A stretch of 64,000 nt of DNA, taken from NCBI GenBank assembly GCA_020536535.1, contig JAHLWZ010000004.1, positions 248,001-312,000 on the forward strand. Direction: 5' to 3'. The notes below the pieces were generated by a model, which was not told the DNA's origin, made no database searches, and saw only the letters and a list, made by a program, of their open reading frames with translations. The first letter of the stretch is position 1. Each line of letters opens with the position of its first letter. Below are positions 56,433 through 64,000 of this stretch, piece by piece. Position numbers and translations under genes: made by a program. The DNA is from Pelomyxa schiedti (Eukaryota > Protista > Evosea).

Positions 56433-57366
56433 ATGCCGAGGGAAGTTCCATTAACAACAACGACGACAACAACAACACAACCTACAGAAGGCAAGAAGAA
56501 ACGCAAAAGGTTTGCCCTTTTCCTTGCGTCGACAACACCTAATTGTGTTTTTTTTCCCCCAGGACCCGAAAGACTAAAAGTCATCGCGCACCTAGTATTA
56601 CAACGCAGATGAAGTGGGTAGGATGTGAGCGTTTCAACAGTCCCGTGACGGCTAAAGTCGCCTCCAACTGGAAGGAGTATTTGAAGACTCCGGACGACGT
56701 ACTTTGTAATGCCGGGGTTGAGAAGGAGCCCCCAAGAAAGGATGAAATTTTCACCACATACTATGCGCTCCCAGATGGTGGGATGAATACCTTCGCTTTC
56801 AGCGCAGCCCCAAACCCTGGTGTTCCACAGCTTCCCGTTCCTACTGGCTTCTTGGAAATTTGGGGTTTCTCTTCTTTCTTCATTTCTTATGGACTTATGT
56901 ATGAGTTTAGTTACAAACGAAGGGAACACTGGACAGCTCTGTCTCGGGAATATAGGGAGACGCAATGACAAGCCAGTGTATGATGGTCCTTTGAGGTTAA
57001 GAGTTTTCATCAAAATTTCAGAAGAGGAGGGTATTTTGACGCCACTGGTGATTTGTATGTTTGTTGTTAGGCTAGATTCATTTCTGATCCAACCTCCTAG
57101 ATACAGCACCAGGGTCTGGTACCAAGAGTACCAAGATAACACCCAGCAGCGGTCCATCTGTGATATCGCCGCGGAGCCGGGTCGCCCTGCCCCCACCCCT
57201 CCCAGTCCTAGTTAATAATGCACAAGCAGCCGTGAACCAAGAGCTTCCTCGGAGTCAGCAACAACCTCAATATGCCCTTGAGGGAGTCCCGGAAGCGTTC
57301 TTGGTTAATGACCTTATGCCGCTCACCAACGGGGACTCATGTGCCTCCGTTTTCCCCAACTGGTAA
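56433..57366 (+). CDS. Orphan protein with a basic NLS-like N-terminus
   Basis: MPREVPL..EGKKKRKR|TRKTKSHR... Three plausible GT-AG introns join ORFs 56543-56968, 56820-57215 and 57160-57366. No family recognised. Confidence 0.6.
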
Positions 57367-57487
57367 GGGAACTGAGTTCATCACCTCTGATTAGCAACCA
57401 CAAAACACAGTAACACCAAAAAAACCAAACTGTATGAAGTAACAAAGATTAAGTGTTGCCCTTTTTGTTCTATTTACCGCCCTCAAA

Positions 57488-58174
57488 TTTGGGACTCACA
57501 CCAAAAACATCAAAATCGGCGAAAAACGCGAGTTTCTCCATGCCCTGTGGAGGGAAAAATCTGGGTGCTGGGCTGCAACCTGGGCCAAACAACAGCCGAT
57601 GATATCCCCCTGGTTTGGTTGCGTCTGTGTCTGCTGCAAGGGAGAAATGAATTTTTTACTTGAAAAAGACCCTGGGTTCTTTGGCTTCCCCCTGGAAGAA
57701 AAAAAAAGAAAAAAGGTTCCGGGTCCGGGTTTTTTTCTTGGAAAACCAGCTGGAAGTGGTGGAGGCTGCTTGGTTAATGAGGTTGTGGGGGAAGCACAAC
57801 AGCTTAGTTTGATTGGCAATAAGGTGTAGACTGGTGCCAGCTATGACATGTGGCATTTGATGTGGTATTTTGGGTCAAAAACAAGTGAGTGACCGCTCTT
57901 GGGTCACAGTCCACTTGTTCTTGTAAATACAACATTAGTTTTCACCAAGGAGATGTTTTTTCTTGATTCTTTGGGTGGTAGGGGACCTCAGCAACAACAA
58001 GTTTTTTTTTTTCTTTGTGCAAACAATGTCTTGGTGTTTGCTTGTTGAAATATAACAAAACCAACCTTGTTTCAACCAGCCAACCACAACACCACACCAG
58101 AGGTTTTCTAAGAAAAAAAACCGGACCCGGAACTTTTTTACCCGGACCCAGAAAAACCCTGTGTGAGTCCCAAA
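57488..58174. repeat. Degenerate foldback / MITE-like intergenic element
   Basis: Outer 14-bp perfect IR at 57488-57501 / 58161-58174; inner ~44-bp IR at 57710-57753 / 58097-58139; central hairpin at 57881-57918. Confidence 0.65.
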
Positions 58175-58249
58175 ATTCCAAACACTTCGGTCGTGAAACC
58201 TGCTTCGTGCCCTTGATCAAGATGAGAAAAATAACCGTTTCCGGTTTTG

Positions 58250-60115
58250 ATGGAGGACGTTTATGATGTGATTGTGTTGGGTACGGGGTTGAAGGAGTCC
58301 ATGCTGTCAGGACTGTTGTCTCTTGATGGTCTCAAAGTGCTTCATCTCGAAAGGTGCACTGTCAATGTTTCGCTTTGTTGTCGAAGCGGGGCTAAAAGGC
58401 TTCGAACAGGGGTGAATATTATGGCGGTTCTTGTGCATCGTTGAACTTAAACGAATTGGTTGCACAATTCAAAGGCGGGGGCACACCCTCAGCAACACTT
58501 GGACTGAGCAGAGAATACAGTGTTGACCTATCACCAATGTAAGGGAAGATACTTTGGATGGGCCTTTTTCTTTGTGTTCCTCTCACAAGCTCAACAACTT
58601 TTTCTAAGGTTCGTAATGGCTGATGGTAAAGCAAGAAAATTACTCGTGCTTTCTTCCTTACTTGAGTACCTCATTTAGTCTCCTGCAGGTGTTCTAGTTC
58701 GAATGCTTCTCCACACTGATGCAGGCCGTTTCCTTGAATTTGTGTCAGTTGCTGGGAGCTATATCTATAGGTATGAAATGGTGGTATTTATTGCTTTGTT
58801 TCAACGTTGAAATAGGGGTGGCGGTATCCACAAAGTTCCCGCTACCGATGTAGAGGCCCTCGAATCTCCAATGATGAATCCCTTAGAGAAGGGGCGCTGC
58901 AAAAGATTTTTCAAGTATATACAGGAGTACGAGGAAAATGTTCCAGCTACACATGATGGTTTCCTTTTTCCTCGTTGCGTCCTTCTCCTCAAGTTCCTTA
59001 GGTGCTGACCTTGCAAGGATGCCAATGAGTACCCTATTTGCAAAATTTTCCCTTGAGCCTGGCACTGTGGACTTTGTTGGTCATGCACTTGCGCTTTACC
59101 CTGATGACTCGTGAGTGGCTTCTCCCAATCCTCTAATAATAAGAATAGGTATATGAGCAAACCTGCGATCGAGACTATAAGGAAATTGAAGCTCTACTAC
59201 CGCTCACTTGCCCGGTATTCCACGTCTCCGTACCTCTACTCGCTTTATGGTGTGGGAGAGTTACCTCAGGCGTTTCTCCGGTTCGTTTGTGATACATGGT
59301 ATTCAGACTCAGATTTATAATCCAGACTGAGTGCCACACATGGTGGAACTATCATGCTGCGGGCTACAGTTGGCTCAGTGATTTACGAGGCTGGTAAAAT
59401 TGCTGGGATACAGTCCCCACAACTACCCAATACCGTAAGTTGGACGGTTTAATTTTTCTCCACTGATTTGGGTAAGACAGCAAGATGTGAGTGTGTTGTT
59501 GCGGATCCCTCCTACTTCCCTGAAAAGGTGAGAAAGATTGGACAGGTAGTCCGGGCTATCTGTCTCCTCTCCCACCCTGTAAGAGAGACTCGAGGTGCGG
59601 ACTCTGCACAAATTATCATCCCACAGAAGGAAGTTGGCAGGCAATCCGGTACCTCTATTTCATCATACAACATGTTCAACATTGCATTAGACATCTACAT
59701 CTGTGTTGTATCCTCTGTGCACCATGTTTGCCCACGTGGACGGTGGATTGCGATTGTTTCCACCTCCGTTGAGACACAACAACCTGTGGCTGAACTAGCA
59801 CCAGCATTGGCCCTACTCAATCCCATTGAAGAGCAGTAAGTACCTACTCCAAAATCTCGGGGAATACAGTTAGGTACTCCAGCCGTAATTAATAACAACA
59901 CTGCAAATAGATTCATAAACATCACTGATAGCTATGTGCCCCTTTCAGATGGCACTGTGGACCGCGTATTCATCACCAAGTCCAATGACCCCTCACCCTA
60001 CCTTGAGTCCACCGTGGAGGAAGTGCTAGCTCTCTACAAGCGCATCACAGGTAAAGACCTGATTATGGCTGGAGACTCTGAGACCTCAACAACTACAACG
60101 CAAAGTGGCCACTGA
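58250..60115 (+). CDS. GDI: Rab GDP-dissociation inhibitor
   Basis: [85 protein letters not shown]. Confidence 0.96.
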
Positions 60116-60172
60116 TACCCACCCCAACCTTTACCTCCAAAGAGAATGCTTTATGTTGTAAATGAAATGTTT

Positions 60173-62964
60173 TTAGGACAAAAGTTGCACAGTGTGTTGC
60201 AGCCTGGCCACAGAGTCACATAAGCCTTCAGGCTTGTTTCTCTTTTGGTGAGTGAGTTACTAGGAATAAGTACTATGGAGAGTACCAAGAGCCAGACTGC
60301 CTCGAATTCTCTGACACAATCAATGAGAATAGGGAGTAGAAATTGCTTTGAGCTTGTAGAAAGTTTCCGCACATCGTTCACGGACTCCTTTCGATAAATT
60401 AATCGCGGAATAGAGTGTTGGAAGCCCAGGAATACCTTTATCAGGGCAGTTGCGAAATGACAGGAGAATTTCAATATGTGGATTATCCAGGTGTACTCTT
60501 GTACAATTATCAATGTGTCAGGCGCTGCCATCGAAAGGCTTCCAATCCTGGATTCTTGGGCTTCTATCTCCCTTAGTGAAGCCTATTTGAAAGTAAAATT
60601 TCGTTACACGGTGGAATCAAAATGCCTCCACTTCTGGAATCTTCAAACGTTTACAAATAGTGGGGAAGACGCTATTAAATACAATGGCCCTAAATAGAAC
60701 TCTGGTGGAGTGGTTGGGTATGCGCCTAATAAAGAACCTAACTTACGTACAGCCTGGAAAAGTAGGCTGTATCAAATTGTAGCAGTTTCCCAGATTGTAT
60801 ACAATATCACCCATAACACAATTCAAATCTCTTTTTCTTATGATTCCCCAAACGTGCAACTGCCAACGAACCTGAAGACAAGGGAATTGAGTAATTTTCT
60901 TAAATCAAGAGTCTCTGGGTGGGAAGCACTCTCAGAGTTCCAACTAAATGCCGCTCCTTTACGTTCTTCAGAATGTAAGGGAAGGCTACTGTACCTGTGG
61001 CATAGCCAAGATAGCTAGATGAGAGTGGTTGCATGTGCCCTTGAGAATGAAGTCAGTGAAATAAATTTTAGTTGTGTGTACCATTATCTCCCCAATCAGT
61101 TAACAGCATTCCAGATGCGCCGTGCTCAACTCCTGCAAGAATTGCCTCGGAGATGTTGCATATGGAGTTTCTCGTCCTACCACAAAAGGAGTTCCATGTA
61201 CATGTCGATGGGCAGACATAGAAAGGGATACCAGAGCCAAGTTGTTTACATTTTTCTGAGAATGGGAATCCTTCCTCATAGCCCCACTGAACGAGTTAGC
61301 ACATTCAAAGGTTGAAGTCTCCACATACAATCAGGGCTAAGGAATCTTTGGGAACCAAAGGAATTTCGGATGGATGGGATAGCAGAAAATCAGCCCTTGC
61401 ATTTGTTGAAAGGTGGAAGAAAGAAATATGAGGTACCAAAGCTGAATTCGCATTGGTCTAGTCTGTTGGAGGAGCCGGTGAATTTTGTTCAAGTACTCCA
61501 TGTACATTTGAGCATTACTTTTATTCACACTCCTAAGAAATTCACGTGACTTCCCAACTCCCAAATCAAAAGGTTCATCAAGGTTAACGTTGATCTACAA
61601 CTTATAAGAAACAACAAGAGTACGTACAGGAGTAAACCTGGGAAGTGTGCTGGAAATGTGGGATCAGTTGCGAGTACAGATCACTTAACAGAGTCAAGAC
61701 ACGCTCATTTATTGGGCACAAAGAATATCCTAAAGAATAACATTTGTCATTCTGCCTTAGTAAACTTTCTACCAGCATTTCCCGCAAAATCAAAAATTTG
61801 AGTGTGAGAAGCGCATGCACTCAGAGATTCACGTAGGTCGGTATAGCCTGGTTTAGTAACCCAGCGGTGCATATGTGCCAGACTCTATTATTGGAGTCCA
61901 GTTGTTACAGGATATTAGAAAATAAGAGAAGGACTTGCTGGTTTGGCACTAACTCAATGTAGTTCTCCCAGCACGTTTTGTCGAGAATGTCGATTTCCTC
62001 AGGAGTCATGGCGCTAATTAATTTTTGTTATTCAAGACAGTTTCAGTTATTGTAATAAGATATACCCAGAGCTTTCCCAGACAATATTGTGCCCCGCATA
62101 AGCAAAAGTATGCTCCGTATACAACTGTAACTGATTCATTTTGAAACTAATTTTATTAACAAAGATTACAGATTCGCATTAACCTTGCTAGAAGCTCAAC
62201 AAGCTGTTGGAGTGTCTCCAATTTGGGGACTTTATCCCGTGATATATCAAGAAGTAAACCCCTAACAGCATTTTGCGTGATGAGAACACATGACTAGGGG
62301 AAGAACTACCTTGTGGCCAAAGAAGGAAAATCCATGACACAGATTGGAGGAATAAACAAGTGAGGGTAGAGGCGGCACACATGAATAATTTGCAATAAAG
62401 TGAGGAGGCCATAGAACAGTCCTTTTCAAGTCAAAAGGCAAATTGGAGAACTAAAAGAGCATTTCCCACAGCGTGGAGTGTAATCTGAATACCAGAATCG
62501 GTCCTTGATATCAAAGAAACATCCTTCCCAGTCTTGATCATCATGACATAGCCCTGGTCATGAATCAAAGCCTTCGAGTAGTCCAATCCCAGGGGCGAAT
62601 CACTAGTCTCAGAGCTAGAATCGCGTAACAAATCCGCTGTTACGCGAACCGCCCCATCACAACCGCATTGATGAACGTCGCTGGTGTTCCCTTCTCCCAT
62701 CATCGGCTCCTCTGCAGTCGCGGAGGTGGTGTATTTCGCAAAGCATTCAAGGCCAAACCGACGACCGTGGAGTCTCGCGGCGTGGGCAAATCTACTGGAG
62801 CAACAACTGTCACCCACAATGATGGCAATAGCCGGACTGGAGCGCAGCACTGCGCCGACGTCATTTGTAGGCGACGTAGCGTAAGTGTTCGACAGTGGCA
62901 CAATGGACTTTGGTAAGGGCAGTAGGTTGTCCCCCAACACGCCAGCCCACGTAACCGACGTCAT
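60173..62964 (-). CDS. Glycoside hydrolase family 20 beta-N-acetylhexosaminidase (bacterial/HEXDC-like subgroup)
   Basis: LLPLPKSI, QGYVM, GLLLDISRDKVP, LQLYTEHTF, IELVPNQ, GHMHRW, catalytic NLDEPFDLG, WGYE, TDWGDNGH. No signal peptide. Confidence 0.88.
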
Positions 62965-63033
62965 TTCTAAATAATTAAATCAAACGATCTTTTGATTGTT
63001 TCTGGGAAAAAACACAACAAGGAGAAAATGTTC

Positions 63034-64000
63034 TCATTCACACCAGCTATCGTCGGAGCCAGTGCCACTATCACCATTGCTGCTGGCACTGTCACTACAA
63101 GATTCACTATCACTATCAATCGAATCAGGCTCATTCGACTCGTCATCACTGTCAGGGAGGGAAGGAGGCGGAGCAGCAGAAGAAGGATCCGGAGGAGCAG
63201 CGTGCTTGGAAGCCCAACGAATGGCCACCAGGCCACAGGCGCCAGGCCCCCCGACGTGGATAGCATCAATGGGCCCCTCATCCCCTCGCGCCGGCTTGCC
63301 GCCGTCGCCTACCACAATTGCCAGCTTCTGGCGGCTGGCCACCGCGTAGTTCTCCACGGCGGAGTACCCGCCGCCTCCCCCGCCGCAGGACAGCGAGCCC
63401 CCGCCTCCTCCGCCGTATCTCCACCCCGGCGCCCCCCCCTTGCTCTTCTTTGCCACGGGCATGCGGGCGCCCTTGCCCGACACCGGGTGCTGGTCCGCCC
63501 AGCTCCTCGCCTCTGCCCCCCCGCGCCCGCCGCACCCCGCGTACTTCAGCCTGCCTGCGCCATCCTTGCGCCACCGCCCTTCCCCGGCAGCGCCGCCGCC
63601 CCCGTGGGAGCCCTTGGTGCCGTCCTCGGGGGAGTGGCCGCCGTCGCCCCCGTTTGCTTTTGTCCCGGTCCCTCCTTGGCTGCCCCCGGGCTCGGAGCTG
63701 CCTGCTTTCCCCCCGCCGGCTGTTACAATCCCTTCGATCATTGAGTCACCTCCATCTGTTCCCTTGAGTGGCTTCAGTTTGCCCCAGGAGCCCCCTGCTC
63801 CTCCCCCACCAATCGCAATTGCATTGATTGATGTCACGCCTGATGGAACTTTGAAAGTGAATTTGCCTGGTGTGGAGAAGACTTTGCAGGGCTGTGTTAT
63901 GAAACTGGTCCCAATCCAGCCAGTAGAGTGTTGTGGCTGTTTAGCCAGAAGCTTGGGACCCCCAACCGTTGCTCTGACTTGCACAACATATTTAGTGTCC
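63034..64000 (-). CDS. 3' end of a protein with a glycine-rich domain of phage/bacterial tail-fibre type and an acidic Ser-rich tail (5' end outside the window)
   Basis: FSTPGKFTFKVPSGVTSINAIAIGGGGAGG ... GGGGGYS..YAVASRQKLAIVVGDGG ... GGPGACGLVAIRW. Confidence 0.7.
   Translation of the reverse strand, partial: DTKYVVQVRATVGGPKLLAKQPQHSTGWIGTSFITQPCKVFSTPGKFTFKVPSGVTSINAIAIGGGGAGGSWGKLKPLKGTDGGDSMIEGIVTAGGGKAGSSEPGGSQGGTGTKANGGDGGHSPEDGTKGSHGGGGAAGEGRWRKDGAGRLKYAGCGGRGGAEARSWADQHPVSGKGARMPVAKKSKGGAPGWRYGGGGGGSLSCGGGGGGYSAVENYAVASRQKLAIVVGDGGKPARGDEGPIDAIHVGGPGACGLVAIRWASKHAAPPDPSSAAPPPSLPDSDDESNEPDSIDSDSESCSDSASSNGDSGTGSDDSWCE

Noticed and set aside
62992-63767. Long overlapping antisense ORFs (also at 4966-5409, 20558-21184, 48458-49003, 53805-54383)
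   Set aside because: Shadow ORFs expected from GC-rich or low-complexity coding sequence.

Overview
Gene-dense, intron-rich eukaryotic nuclear DNA, not prokaryotic. It holds about 27 protein-coding genes broken by many short (mostly 35-100 nt) GT-AG introns, often with under 100 bp between genes. The content (intron-containing pyruvate:ferredoxin oxidoreductase, SH2-domain TKL kinase, Cache-receptor cyclase, Hop2, maspardin, Rab-GDI, several prokaryote-type genes) points by inference to an anaerobic amoebozoan, probably an archamoeba similar to Pelomyxa. No rRNA, tRNA or CRISPR was seen. Gene limits come from manual splicing and are approximate. Most notable: (1) a receptor-type class I cyclic-nucleotide phosphodiesterase with an extracellular dCache sensor, 10 kb from a dCache-receptor adenylate cyclase with a similar ectodomain; (2) an 84-nt spliceosomal intron present almost identically in two unrelated genes; (3) a 40-bp pre-miRNA-like hairpin and a degenerate foldback element bracketing an orphan gene; (4) an eIF5A paralogue with an altered hypusine loop; (5) a PFOR with a divergent substrate pocket; (6) unusual domain fusions (CUE-calpain, C1/H-lectin/ankyrin/VPS9, RasGAP-ankyrin).
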